Positions 12,643-25,816 of a stretch of 64,000 bases of DNA are shown piece by piece (within the stretch, counting starts at the first letter, position 1; every line of letters starts with the position of its first letter). Under the pieces are notes generated by a model, which did no database searches, was not told the origin of the DNA, and saw nothing but the letters and a program-made list of their open reading frames with translations. The DNA lies in contig CM059443.1 in the NCBI GenBank assembly GCA_030390025.1, positions 21,328,001-21,392,000 of the forward strand, written 5' to 3'. Made by a program: the position numbers and the translations under genes. This DNA is from Squalus acanthias (taxonomy: Eukaryota).

Positions 12643-13502
12643 TATTATAGCAAACAAAGCCAAAATACTTTCCAACCAATATTTTAACTGTACGGCTGAG
12701 AAAAAACAAATTTATTCACTTTTAAACCACCACCAGTTCTACATGGAACAAGTTCTAAATAAGAAAAGTCAAAGCACATACACACTACTGAATATTAAAA
12801 CAGTTTTGTTCCTTATTTTTCTCTTTTAAAGAGAATACCCTTTCTCTGTACTTGCCAGAGCACTCTATAGTATGTTGGGTCTAATTTGCAAATGTTTTCA
12901 CTTCTAAAAGTGCTATACACAAATCACTGATAAATGTAAAAACCACGATGATGAAACAAATAATGCAGGACAGGCCTCATAAAAAGAATAACCAGTAGTC
13001 AGAACCAGATCCTTAAAAAGAAAAAAAAAGGTTAGAGCAGCTCAGGGGTTGAGATAAATCGGTAGGGAATGCCCTCAACACAGCAAATAAGCAACAGTAG
13101 AGAAGTCAGTAAAAATCAATGCAAGTAACGCAATGAAAGGACTGTTCAACATCACCACTGGGTTTAATGCCCCTGTAACAGTATGAGCTCCTTGGATGAA
13201 TATGTTGTAGACAACACATGATTTACTGCAGTCTTGGTTGACACCTACGGTGCTTTCATATCTAATTTCCACACGCGCTTGAAACCCCCTCCCATGAAAA
13301 TGAAGCAAGATAAGCATTATTCAAGACCTCATTTATCTGTTGGCACAGGTGATCCTCATTCTTTAACCCTCCCATCCAAAATGGCACACTCTCACTGAAC
13401 AGCAAAAGCTCCCGAAGCCCAAGCAGGAAAGGGTTTATTCACAAACACGACCTTCTCGAAGATTTCACTGATGTAGGACATACTGGATGTAATTTTTGGA
13501 TC

Positions 13503-13622
13503 AAAACAACAACCACCTACATTTATATAGTGCCTTTAACATAGTAATACGTCCCAAGGCGCTTCACTGGAGCGTTATCAAACAAAATTTGACATTGAGC
13601 CACATAAAGGAGATAACAGGAT
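13503..13622 (-). mobile_element. L2 LINE 3' terminal fragment
   Basis: Matches the 3' end of the L2 copy at 47195 (aacaac..catttatatagtgcctttaac..cccaaggcgcttcac). Confidence 0.75.
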
Positions 13623-13841
13623 CCCAAATTCTAACAGGAATTTACAAAGTGTCTGTTTGCAGGGATGTTAGAATCCCAAACAGGCAGTGAGCACAACCCC
13701 CAAGCTATTCATGAGTATGGAGCGTTACCTTCAGTTATCTGTGGAATGAAAAGATAAGCAGAGGAACAAGCCTAAAAACTGTACAACCAGCCATAAAGAC
13801 TAAAGCACCATTTCCTTAAGGTGAAATATTCTCCCATGAGC

Positions 13842-14070
13842 TCATAGAATCGTACAGCACAGAAGGTCGTCATTCGGCCCACCGTGTCTGTGCCGGCTCT
13901 TTGAAAGAGCTATCCAGTTAGTCCTACCTCCTGCCCCCTAGCCCTGCAAATTTTTGCTTTTCAAGTACTGTATATATCCAATTCTCTTTTGAAAGTTAGT
14001 ATTGAATCTGCTTCCACTCTTTCAGGCAGTGCATTCCAGATCATAACAACTTACTGCGTAAAAAAAAAAA
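13842..14070 (-). mobile_element. CR1 LINE 3' end fragment
   Basis: catagaatc..acagcacagaagg..cattcggccc terminus, shared with 23392, 58830 and 63808. Confidence 0.85.
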
Positions 14071-14344
14071 ATCTAATCTCCGCTCTGGTTTGGTCAGCAC
14101 AGTGCAGGCAGCTCAATAAGTCAAGTGGTAAACCTGTAAACTTCAAACGCAAATAGCAAAAGCTTAATCCAGGTCTGTAAATATTCACCAGACATGCATG
14201 CTGATGACACCCAGCGCCGCCTGTCCAACACGTCCCTTGACCACTGCCATGTTTCCTGACAAAGTCGTGGAAGAGACAAAATTTCCTCCAAAGGAAGACC
14301 AAACCCATTGCATTGCCCCCACACCCCAAATAAATTAACATCCT

Positions 14345-14700
14345 TCTCACCAGCTGTGCAAAACCTCAGCATTCCATACAATCCAGAGTGGAGCTTTGAA
14401 ACCCACACATCCTATCCATCACCAAGACCGCTAACCTGCACCTTAGAAACATCGTCTGATCCTACTTCACCACCACAACCCTTATCTATGATTTTGTGAC
14501 CTCTAGAATCAATTGTTTCAATGTCCAGCTTCTCAGCCTCCCTTCCTTCACTCTCCATAAAGTCCAACTCAGCTGTGAGTATCCCGTCCCACACCATACG
14601 ACTTGCCCATCACCCCCTATCCTTGCTGAACTACAATGGCAACCTTTCCCCTAGATGTCTTTGATGTACCTTCAAATCTTAATACACAGCTACACCTATC
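14345..14700 (+). mobile_element. Old L2 LINE RT C-terminal fragment
   Basis: Decayed coding blocks (ccatcaccaagaccgc, gtgacctctaga, ctccataaagtccaactc, catcaccccctatccttgctgaactacaatggc) correspond to L2 VTSRLD..LHKLQ..ITPVLAELHWL. Confidence 0.65.
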
Positions 14701-14914
14701 CTCCAAAGGGGTTGGTTGGTTGGTTGGGGGGGGGGGGGGGGGGGGGGGGGGGAAGAGAAAGAGAAGAAGGAGGGGGACTATCTGATCTACAGGCTTTCAT
14801 GCACACTACTTTTGGATCTCTAATGAAATCCAATAGCTTTTTCTAAATCTTGGAAGTAAACTTTAAAGGTAACAATAACTACTTATCATAAAAGGCTACT
14901 TTAAAAAAAAAATT

Positions 14915-15020
14915 GTTCCTGGGATGTGGGCACCATTGGCAAGGCCAGCATTTATTGCCCATCCCTAGTTGCTCGAGAAGGTGGTGGTGAGCTGCCTTCT
15001 TGAACTGCTGCAGTCCGTGT
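14915..15020 (-). mobile_element. LINE 3' tail fragment
   Basis: Same motif as 11548, extended (gagaaggtggtggtgagctgccttcttgaactgctgcagtcc). Confidence 0.62.
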
Positions 15021-15189
15021 GGAAACAATGTTGAATTTTTCCCGGCACTGTAAGAGACATTTTGGTTTCTCTTTATGCCAGCGATTTGGGCATAGGCACC
15101 AGACGAATGACAAAGTTTCTTGAGGATACCAAATTAGGGAGCATAGTAAAAAGGCACATACAGGCAGGAGATTGCAGGACACAGCCATG

Positions 15190-15985
15190 CTAGCAGAGGG
15201 AGCAAATAGGTGGCAGGTGTAGCTGAATGCAAAAGATAGTACATTTGGTTAAAAAAAAACAATGAAAGGCAGTATACCCTAAATAGCAAGATCCTTAAAA
15301 GTGAAGAGGAACAGAGAGATCTCAGTTTGCAGAAATATTTAAATCTTTAAAAGATGAGAGCTCAGGTAGAAAAGGCCATAAAAAGGAAATGGTATTCTAG
15401 ATTTCATACACAGGACTTTGAATACAAAAATCAAGAAAACAATGTTGAATTTGTACAAGACTGTTGATTAGATCACAGCTGGAGTACTGCATGCAGTTCC
15501 AGGTACCCCATTATAGGAAGTACATTAGAGGAAGGTGTACAGCTAGATTCACTGGAATGATACAAGGGTTGAGAGGGTATCGTTGTGACGAATAGCTAAA
15601 AAAAAAAAATTGGGGTTTTTTCAATGAATTAGAGAAGGCAAAGAGAGGAATGATGGTTTTTGCCAGAGGGCAAAAACTGATGGATTGCTACCATTGGTTA
15701 GTGAACTAGTAAGAAGGGGCACAGACAAGGGATTCCAAGAATTACTGAAGAAGTGCGAAGAATTTCTTTCACAGAGGGTCATGAGAAAACTGAATGTCTT
15801 CTCACAAGTGGCTATTGAAGCAGACAATATCAACTAAAGGGAACTGGATAAACATTTGAAAATTATTATAAAAGGATACCGAGAATGGCAGGCAAATGGG
15901 ATCCTTCTATAATTCTTCTTAAATATTAAGTTAGCACCAACACAGGCATAATGGCCTCCTTCTATACTATAATTTCTATGATTTA
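15190..15985 (+). mobile_element. Old CR1 LINE fragment (RT C-terminus and 3' UTR)
   Basis: cagctggagtactgcatgcagttc (QLEYCxQF), tttctttcacagagggtcatgaga (FFxQRVxR) and terminal aatggcctccttct. Confidence 0.72.
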
Positions 15986-16344
15986 TGTAATGAATGCTAC
16001 AAAAGTAGTTTTAAAAGACATACTTTACAACACGAAAAGGTAAAATATCAACTAGGATGATACCGAGAATGGCACCTTTAAAGATGGGCTATTTAAGAGA
16101 GTTTATTTGAATTAAATTATATTTTTTTCAACTATTAAAAATGTGCAACAATTAGATTTAAAAATCACTTATATTCTGATAAAGGCTTCACACTCAATAC
16201 CATCACTCATCTTTTCTCTTACAGAAATGAACAGAAACTGCTGCATATTTCCAGCCTTTTCCATTTCCAACATTTGCATTTTTTCCTCATCAAAATTACA
16301 CCATTTTCACATAAAAGGTGCAATTATATATTGTTAAATGGTTT

Positions 16345-16625
16345 GTGTTTCACTCTAGGACCGTGTTCAAATAGAGTCCTGACTGATGGAATGAAAGCCT
16401 CTTCTGACTGCTGGCTTTAAGGATCCTAGAACAAGTTCCAGTTCTCGGGAAATATGGGTCCACAGCATAAAAGTGCCCCTAATTTGGAACCAAACTGACA
16501 CTCTCAGAAAAGCCATTGATTTTCTGGTGTGGGAAATGGAATATGGTATAGGAAGGGGTGCTTATTTGAGATTGGGGCTGAGGAACACTGTTGCAGCGAA
16601 GTAGTGGGAACTTTACTCTGTTTAA
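16345..16625 (+). mobile_element. Old LF-SINE-like element
   Basis: ttcactctagga, ttccagttc, gggtccacagcataaaa and gagattggggctgaggaacactgttg are homologous to the 3100 and 6430 copies. Confidence 0.55.
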
Positions 16626-18334
16626 AGCTCGTTTTATGCTGGTTTTCGATTACCAGCCCTTGTAGTGCAGGTCATGCGTAGCCAGCAACTACGCTAAAAT
16701 AAACCAATTAGATTTAAGACTCGAGGCTGGTGTGGTCTTATCGAGTCTTCCTGCAACCAGGAAATTGACCTGTCTGGTGATGCCATATCATCATCATCAC
16801 ACATGCACATCACTATCCTCTCTGCAGCAGCGACGCAACACCACGAGGTCACTATGTCACACATGCAAAGTATCCGAAAAGTCATGCCCAGTCAGCATGT
16901 GCGTAGAATGGCAGGTCCCCATGGTGCAGTTGTTTTACAGGAAGACCAGCTGTACATTACAAAGGTAAATGCTAGAGAGCACTGCAGTTAGCTTGCAATC
17001 TCCAAGACACAGACTACAACTGTAGTTTGACGGTGCCAGATCTAACCTAGAAATGCTTGATGCCGACACCGGGCGCTCAAAATGTGAAGTATTCCATTCC
17101 CAAGCACCAAAGTCCTTCACCTCGAAGAACATACAAATGTATGTTTTTAAAAAAGTAATTATCTGTTCCCATTCGTAAAATGCTTCAATGTTGCCGGCAA
17201 TAAGCATAGCTAGAAGTCAGATGCAAAATCTTCTTGTACTACAATACATCTTTTCTAAATGTAAGTTTTTCCCATTTGCATCAGGGTAAAATGGAACAGG
17301 TTACTGAGCTGAATATGAATCTAGCAAAATTGACTTTTTTTTATAATCTGATTAAATAGCAAGCATCAGGAAGGGAATTGAATGATGCACATCTAATAAC
17401 TCTGCCATCTGCCCATTTCTGGCATCTTCCCAGCTTTAAACACAGCTGTGCAGGAGGTATGCATGCATCAGATTCTAAATAAACCTGATGAGGCTCGCAA
17501 ATCTTCATCTTGCAACTCAACAGCAAAATCTGTAAAAGGTTTCAATTAAAAGGTAGTCGATTATTTTTTCCTATAAAAATCTAGTTTTTGCTTTTCAATA
17601 GAGGCATCAAACAAACTGGAGACTTAGTTACAATTTCAGCATCATAACTTAGGTTTGTAAGTTGACAGAAAAATCCCATGCACACTGCTGAGGAACCCAT
17701 GACTACAGTACAAATGGGTTTCTACTGAATTCGACTAAATGTCTCATTACTGATTCTCTCTGGTCCTAAAAGCATGCCTATCTTGCAAAAGTTGCTTTCC
17801 AAATTCCATAAAAATCACAAACGTCCCAATCAAGCGCAACAGAACAATTACATAAAAGGTTCCGAACACGAAAAAATTCTCAAACACCACAATACAAATT
17901 TAGAATGAAAAAAAAAACAACTTACTATGGCAGGAAAAAAACTTCCACACTCCCAAGTCTTCAGCACAGAAAGTCCTATTTAGATATTTTAGCTTATTTT
18001 GCTAGATTCAGAACCTTCTTAGAAAAGGGCAAAGCGACTTGCATGGTTATTGATCACACTTTTGATTAGGTATTAGGACCAATTCATACACTTTCAATTA
18101 TCCAAATGTACACCGGTTTAAAGCAGCAGAGGAATTTAATTGCATTATCTATCTACGTAATGGCAGATGAAAAATGTGCAACACAAAGTCCATGAGTGAT
18201 GTTGAAAATGCTAAGCACGCGTTCAAAAGGAGATTTAGGGGTCTTTGTCATTTGATGTTCAACATGTCCAGCCTGAGGTATAGAAGGTAATAAGTGGTAC
18301 AGAGGAGGAGGAGGATCTGGAACAGTACAGAAGT

Positions 18335-18600
18335 GCAAGAGTGGGACAAGGGGATAAAGGTTCAAACTGCTAAAAGGTAAATTTAAGACCAACATTGGGA
18401 AGTTGTTCTTTACCTAAAATGTAATCAGCACATAGAATGGATTTCTGGCTACAACAGTGCAGAGTAATAATCCTGGGATTGTTGAAGAAACAGTTGGGTG
18501 TCATAATTGGGGTGGGGAGGGGGACTGTGGGGTCCTTCTGGATACATGAGCCAAGATGGGCTAAATGACCTTCACCATCTACATCCATCTTGTGACCTTG
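18335..18600 (+). mobile_element. Old CR1 3' fragment
   Basis: acaaggggataaaggttcaaact..ggaagttgttctttac, and terminal gatgggctaaatgaccttc. Confidence 0.6.
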
Positions 18601-21600
18601 TAAATCAAATTTTGTTTGCACATATTGTCAGATGTGTCTGCAGAACACAGTGCTGATTAGCTCACATTCTACACGTCCCCATCTCCTGCAGGATTGTCAT
18701 GTTTTCCTGACCTTCTCCATAACCCTGACTGATCGGCTATCCATCCAGCCTATCCTCTGGATTACTTGTGAGCATTGCCAGAGGGGATCTACTATCAAGC
18801 ATTAAAAAATGTAACTATCATGCATAATAAAATATAAATCTGTAAACTCTACTGGAAACAAGATTTCTTATACCAGTTTTTACTGGCTTTGATAAAAAAA
18901 AAGTTCTCTTGCTTCAAGTTTAGGTCAACAAATTTGTTAACTCATAGCAAATGTCTTCACATGCATTTTCTTTTTAAACCACACACATATGTTCATAAGT
19001 ACTTTTCCAAAACAGAAATTCACAACATTAAATTTATATGCATTATGATGCAAAAATTACCCCGCAGTCTACAAAATACAGGATCATGTGCATGTCTGTG
19101 GGACACTGAACTAGCATTGTAGGTGTGGAGGGATATTAGTACTGAAGTGGCAGGAAAGCTATTAAACTAGCAAATTGGGCAAGTGTTTATATCAGTGTAG
19201 CAGATATTTTGAATACTGTTGCTTTCAATTATGAAAACCTTGCAGTGGAAACAGGGCATCAAGGCCCAAGTTACCAACCAATACCTCCCATGGGAATGAA
19301 ACTGGTAGTAAAAAGCAGCAGCCAAATTTCTATCATGGTAATGGAGATGCTGTCCATAAGAAAGTCTTGTTTCGTGCTTTCAAAGGGCGACATTCACCAC
19401 CACTCAGCTGCCATCTTGTGAAAACTAGGCACACTGCTCTGGAAAAGTGTTACTGGCTATTTGCCAGTTATCAGTTAATCATTTAAAGCAAAAAAACTTA
19501 TCAAAAACAGTAACTTCAAATTCAACAGCAGGAGTATCAAACGCTACAGCAAGCTACAAAAGAATCCAAGCCAACAAGTAAACAGAAAAAGCTAAAAGTG
19601 ACTGGAGCTATATAGATATAAATGAAAAATGGTGACTTGGCTGGTTTTTAGTTTAGCAAAGCTGGAAAGTAACTTGCATGTCTACTTGGCAAACAAACTT
19701 TTCCACTCATGTACAAAATTGGTACCTGCAGTGGAGCAGCCAGTTTCATACCAGATTTAATTCTAGGTTTTTAAAACTGGGGTCTACAAGATCATCATAT
19801 TTCCGTCCATAAAGAGCTGGACATACTATACTTTGAATTCTGCATTCTATATTTTTTCTGTATTTGTCGACTGATTAACACATTGATGCAGCAAGAGTAA
19901 CGTATCAAAAATCTTGCGTCTGCATCTACTTCTGGTCTCCAAAACCTTACTTCTGGTTGTTGTTTTTGTCAAACTTGCGTCAACTTTTTCCATTATATAC
20001 AAATTCCTATGTCCATGTGTCTAATAGAAACTGCCTATGTAAACTGGTCACGTTGTAATTATACCAGTGGCGGTGCTGTAGCGCCTCAGTTTTGCATCCC
20101 CCAGCTCCTCGGCTTGTACTGCACAGAAACACCAACGTTCCAACCAACTCTACTTCTTGGCTTCCCAAATTTCAGTGACTTTTGCTATTTAATTATAAAA
20201 ATATGAAAACCAAAAGTATTGTATAAAATGCAGGACTTTAAAAAAGGAGACCAGATTAGGTTTGCCTGCTCTGGTTCAATTATTCCCCGCCCTCTAACTC
20301 CACTTTACCTGAAGAGTACAGTTGGCTTCGACTTGCCTCGTGTTCAACACCGCAGGAAACAAACAGTATGAATAAAAACGTTTTCTACTGTGGCAGCACT
20401 GCTTTTCAGAGGGCCATGAAAACGAGTCAATATTTGCAGGGGGCGCTCAAGCAGAAAAGTTTGAAAAAGACACTTGATTAAGTAATGTGAGCAAGGCTGT
20501 AGATTCCTAATAAACAAGGTAAACACCTTCATACTGAAGTAAACTTTCAGCACTTTTCACCAATTTCCAACCGTACTCGACTACACGCCGAGATTATATT
20601 TCAAACTAATAGATCAGAAATGTGACACTACTTTTAACACAAAAAGCCACAGAGTGATGATAAATGCTCTATGTATATGAAGCACCATTGTGCTTCAGCT
20701 TTGCATGTCATGTTAATGTACTCACCAGGGACTGATAATGAAAGATAATCTTGCTTCTATCCTACTCAACTGTGTCACTAGAGAACTACATAAAACAATA
20801 CTTGAACTGTAACTGCACGTCAGTCCACCTTAATTGTCATTTCATCCAGTTATAATGTAAACACCCAGTTGGGTTCTTACAAGAGATGCATAGGGAAAAA
20901 TAGAAACATGCTCCCCAAGGGCATCGGTGTCGCCACACGGCTGCCGTAAACAAAGCACTCATTAAATGCTGGATCAGTTGAAGTGGAACTTCTAGTGCTA
21001 AGAAGTTTAGATTAGCAGAATAAACACACAATTTACAGATGGGCTTTTACATCATGATTTGAATGCAGAATTGCAAAAAACAAATTCTCATTTGTATCCT
21101 AAAGGAATTAATTGTGTGTCAGTTTTCCAGGTTAAGCACACTTCAGCCACAATTAACCTGGATTATACACCTACAGCTTAGGTGTGAATCACACTGTCAG
21201 CAGTCCTTAGCTTCAAGAACAGCCCTGATTATACATTTAATTTCTCTTTATGAACACTAAGCACAACTATATTATACATTTAATAGAACCCCGCAATAAG
21301 AATTCAATTCTCAAACCTTTAGTGAGTAATGCATGCATAGTAACTGGAAGTATTTAGAACCAAGCTGAACTTTAATGTTAAGAAATCTGAAATCCTAAAC
21401 CTTTGCATAACTGCTTGTAATACTTCTTGGTCAGTTTAGCCCATACTATTGAAGAGAACGGAGACAAGAAACAAGCAGAATAGAAGGAAAATGAAGACTT
21501 GTGTGTTGTTAAGACAGTGGCAGAAATAATGATTCACTGGCCATATAGATAAAAAAATCAAAATCAATGTTACACTGACTAAAGATACACAAGACAGTGT

Positions 21601-23391
21601 ACGTCACCGTATACTACTCCGTTGGGGTCTAACAAGCTAAGGGCCACAAATATTTCCCTTTACAAAGTTTTAGCAGGATTAACAAGTTCCTTAAAACACA
21701 ATGCAATCAGTAGAATGATGGAAGTATTTTAGGAACATTTCCTAGCAGCACAGGATGTGTAAAATAAAATAGGTGTGTAAACAGGAAATATGATGAGCCT
21801 TTCAAACGCTTGCATGCATCACGTCACGTCTTGTTTTGGGGGCTGTGGGGAAGGAAAGGAGAGACAACCTAGTTTGGATGCACTGGACCAGCTCAACAGT
21901 ACTTTAAGCACAAATTGTGACACTTTTCTTCTTCCTCCCCCAACCCAAACTACAGCTACTGATAAAGGCTCTATTGCCCTAATCTATCGCAAAGGGATAC
22001 CACAAAGTGACCCTTCAAATTAAACTCGGCAAGGTTTAATTTATCTAGATATAACCAATACTGGGAAAACCGTGCTCAACATGATAAAACCAAAAACCTG
22101 CAAGTAGTCTCTAAAATAGTACTGACTACTTCATTTTTCAGGAGGTCCATCACCTTGGGACAGAAAGTAATGAGTCTGAAGAAAAATGTTAAGCGGGACA
22201 AGGCAAATTAAAAGAAAAACGCCAGGCTGCTAACAACCTCTACTTAATACACAACGTGCGCTCCATTATCTAGCTCCGAGCACAGATTATTTCTATTATT
22301 CATTTCAATTGCAGTAGCAACCAATGGCTTCAGAAAAATTGCTAGTTTTCCTCTACTTTCTCCAACACAGGCTGTGACACAGTCTTGTTTCTATGCAGGT
22401 GTTTCATTGGTATTTATTTCCAGAGTGCAGATGGCAGAAACCAGTAAATAGCAGCGCATGTTTCTTAAATAAAATCTGAGCGAGCTGGATCAACAGTTAT
22501 CCCATAAAAACTTCCAACCAGCAGCAAACACCACAAATCTGATGACAAAAGGTGATCACTTCAAAGTTGCTGTACCGAATGGTAAAATAATGACTACTTC
22601 AACTATGTAGATTAAATTAAACCAATTATAGGTCTAGGCTAGGGCCTAGACACAAGATACATTTTAAGTGTTTTCCTTTGCAGAAACATGTTCATTTGTC
22701 ATCTCCGATATAAAAAGTTAGGTACGCCAATTTTTAAACTCAAGTCCAGCCAAAAAGTTGAATGCTAACATATTTGGGGGTGGTCTTCTATTAACCTCTC
22801 ATTCATGGAAAAAAAAAATGGAAGAAGTCTTTTTGTTCTTCCTTTGATACTGTGCCCAGTACTCCTGGGAGCTTTTTTCTTTTTCCCTTCGAAACAGCAA
22901 TTATGCATTTATACATCATCCCTTAGTATTTCCTTCTTCCCACAACCTTTGGTCTTTGAAAACCTAAGTTTAGTTTCACCTAATCACTATTTCCTCCTTG
23001 ACTTCATCTTTTAGTTTTTTTCTACATTATCTTGCTCCTCTACACCTGCACAGCATGGAAATCAAAACTTTTTATTTCCTCCAACTCAAAACAAAGGAAC
23101 TCCCCACCTCCCTCAGGTTTTTCCCCCTTCCTACAAGCTTTAGCCTTCTGAGACCAGAGTAGTCACCTAATCACTACTTTTTCTTTTGCTCTTTTTAAAA
23201 ATAAAAGTGTCCCGCACTACAGGCCTTGATTCTTTGCCATGGCTTCTCATTTAAAACAACTGTAGAACAGGTAATCTTCCTCAGCATCTTTTCATAAATA
23301 GAAAAACTTTACAGTAGAATTTCGATTATCCGATTTTCATAGAATTCACATATGCTAGAATTTTATTTTTTTTAAACTCAGCTTACAATAA

Positions 23392-23650
23392 AATCACAGA
23401 ATGATGCAGCACAGAAGGAGGCCATTCAGCCCATTTTGCCTGTGCCGGCTCTTTGAAATTGATATCCAATTAGTCCCATTCCCCTGCAAAATATTCCCCT
23501 TCAAGTATTTATCCAATTCCCTTTTGAAAGTAATTATTGAATCTGCTTCCACCACCCTTCAGGCAGTGCATTCCAGATCATCATAACTCGCTGCGTAAAA
23601 AAAAAAAAAATAATTCTCATCTTGCCTCTGGTCTTTTGCCAATTACCTTA
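23392..23650 (-). mobile_element. CR1 LINE 3' end fragment
   Basis: Closely similar to the 13842 copy. Confidence 0.85.
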
Positions 23651-23654
23651 AAAT

Positions 23655-23755
23655 ATACTGCCATGGTGGGATTTGAACACTCATTCTCTGAAATATTAGT
23701 CCCAAGCCTCTGTATTACTGGTCCAGTAACATAACCACTACACTACCATACCCCT
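23655..23755 (-). mobile_element. tRNA-derived SINE, 5' head
   Basis: Minus strand reads gggtatggtagtgtagtggttatg (A box) ... gttcaaatccc (B box). Same family as 34245. Confidence 0.75.
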
Positions 23756-24905
23756 GTTGATAAGTTAATTTAAAATGTCTTGTCGTAATGAGGTTTGGAG
23801 ATGCTCTTGTATGCCAATTTCCATTATCCAACATGGCTGCAACCTCCATTATGGCAATACTCAAAATTCTAATGTATGGGATTCTGCAGCTCATTTTAAA
23901 ATTACAGTTTTTGTTTCATTCATGGCAAGCTAGTTTAAACAATTTTACTTGGAATTCTACATACAAAAGTAAAATTTGAGGTGGCCTAGAAACAGTAATT
24001 GTTGAACACTCAAGATATTAAATTCCCAGTTTCAACCCACCTAAGGGCATGTAAACAACAGAAAATCAAAAAAAAAATCTTTACTTGCCTCCTGGGACAC
24101 ATACAAATCATAATCCATTGTTGAGTCTCTGCCTCCTGAGTCAAACTGCTAATGCTGCTTTCAGCAGCAGCTAAGCTCCCAAGAGTACACTTGAATATCC
24201 ACAGTTCAGGGTAGCAGGGTTTTAGACGTGTGTCTGAATAAATACACACCCACATGCACATCTTAACAGAGGCAGCCACCTTCTCAATTCGTCAAGAATT
24301 CCCTAGTCTCTTCTCCCCCAGCAACCACCACCAAACCAGGTAACGCCCAGAACGTTTCCTGGTCTCTAGTCCAACACATCTTAATTATTCTTAAGAAAGC
24401 ATCCCCACACTGCATCAACATGAACTTTGCCACTTTGCACAACAGACACCTTTGCGGTTTCTGACCAAGATTGCCAACTTCTGGTACTGCAGCCACAACT
24501 ATCACGTAGAAACTAGCCCAAACCTATTTCGAATCCCTTAAGTGAAGGAATACCATTCATGCAGTCTGCCAACCTGTTTGATGATATAGTAATGACATTT
24601 AAGCGCTTGGTTGTTTACTTCATTGGGCCGAAAGAGCAAAAATGCATTCAGGATAAATGGCACTGGTAACAAACATACAAGAGAGACTTGAATGACCTGA
24701 CATATTTTGTATTCTTGGTGACCCAAAATAATCTTGAACGTTATGCAGTTTTATTTAAAACGTAGCTAAAGTGCACTTAGCCTTAACAAACAGTTAAGAC
24801 GTCACCATCAATGACATATGGCAACTTGTGTGAATTAGCCAAGATACTTTCAGCTAACTAGTTTAATAAAGAATTCATTATAAAGTTATTAAACAAAATG
24901 CTTAC

Positions 24906-24955
24906 CGAAGATGGAAGGCCAGGAGGTACCTTTCGTACTTTCTTGGGCTGGGATT
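24906..24955 (-). CDS. TCF3: TCF3 coding exon: (E)SQPKKVRKVPPGLPSS, second half of the NLS
   Basis: Acceptor ttttccctcctag, donor TCG|gtaagc, 50 nt, phase 1 to 0. KKVRKVPPGLPSS is the E-protein hallmark. Confidence 0.96.
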
Positions 24956-25816
24956 CTAGGAGGGAAAAATACGGATTAACATCCAAAATTATAAACCAAA
25001 TCAATAAAATGAAGTTTAAGTTTTGAACAGAATGAAAATGAATCATTCTTAATGCCATGTATGGAATTAAGATGAACAAGAGATTGAGAGCAAGAGACAG
25101 AGGGCAACTAATGGCCATGGAACATGCATCAGTGAACCCAAGAGAGGAGGGAGAAAAAAAATGTGCAATCAGAAAGTAATTGTATCAATTTAGATTTTTA
25201 AAAATTAGGATCTCCATTTTCAATCGTCAAGATTTGAAACTATACTTAAAAAATGAAGTTAAAAGAAACGCATTATATAGAGAATAACAGATCGTCAGGA
25301 GTGATTATAAGGCGGCAATCTGATCAAGGAGCTCACATGACAAACCACAAGTGCAAAGTCTCAGTTGTTCATACGGTTATCTGAAACTTACTATAATTTC
25401 CATGTATCAATTATTTTTCCATGATTACATACTGCAGAGTTGTGAGGGTGGTTTTATTTAGTCTTTTGCTGCTAGCATAGATCATGGCAGACACCAATGG
25501 CCTGTGCATGAATTGCATGGAATGCACAACGTCTACATTGAAAGATTAAGGATTGAGAGATCATTGCAAGCTTAATATTTCCCAGCAGTTAGCTGTGGGT
25601 TAGCAATTAGCAACTATTTTGTTAGAAGCTTTATGACGCCACGGATGAGATGCCGTTTTTGGTGCTTGTTCCACAGGGTAACAAAACTATATATTGCATT
25701 AATGCATTGGGCTCCACCAATGAGATAACTTGATTGGTGCTGACTCCATTCCATTTGACAACCTCCAAATTTTGACCTGGTCATGCCAAAGAGAGAGATA
25801 GATAAATAGAGGAAGA

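Noticed and set aside
13729-13738. Possible 10-nt microexon (cag|ATAACTGAAG|gtaacg)
   Set aside because: The length would shift the frame, nothing equivalent is known to me in E-proteins, and such site pairs occur by chance.
22975-23190. Short repeat tcacctaatcacta about 185 bp apart
   Set aside because: Only two short copies in pyrimidine-rich sequence. Most likely an old local duplication, not an array.
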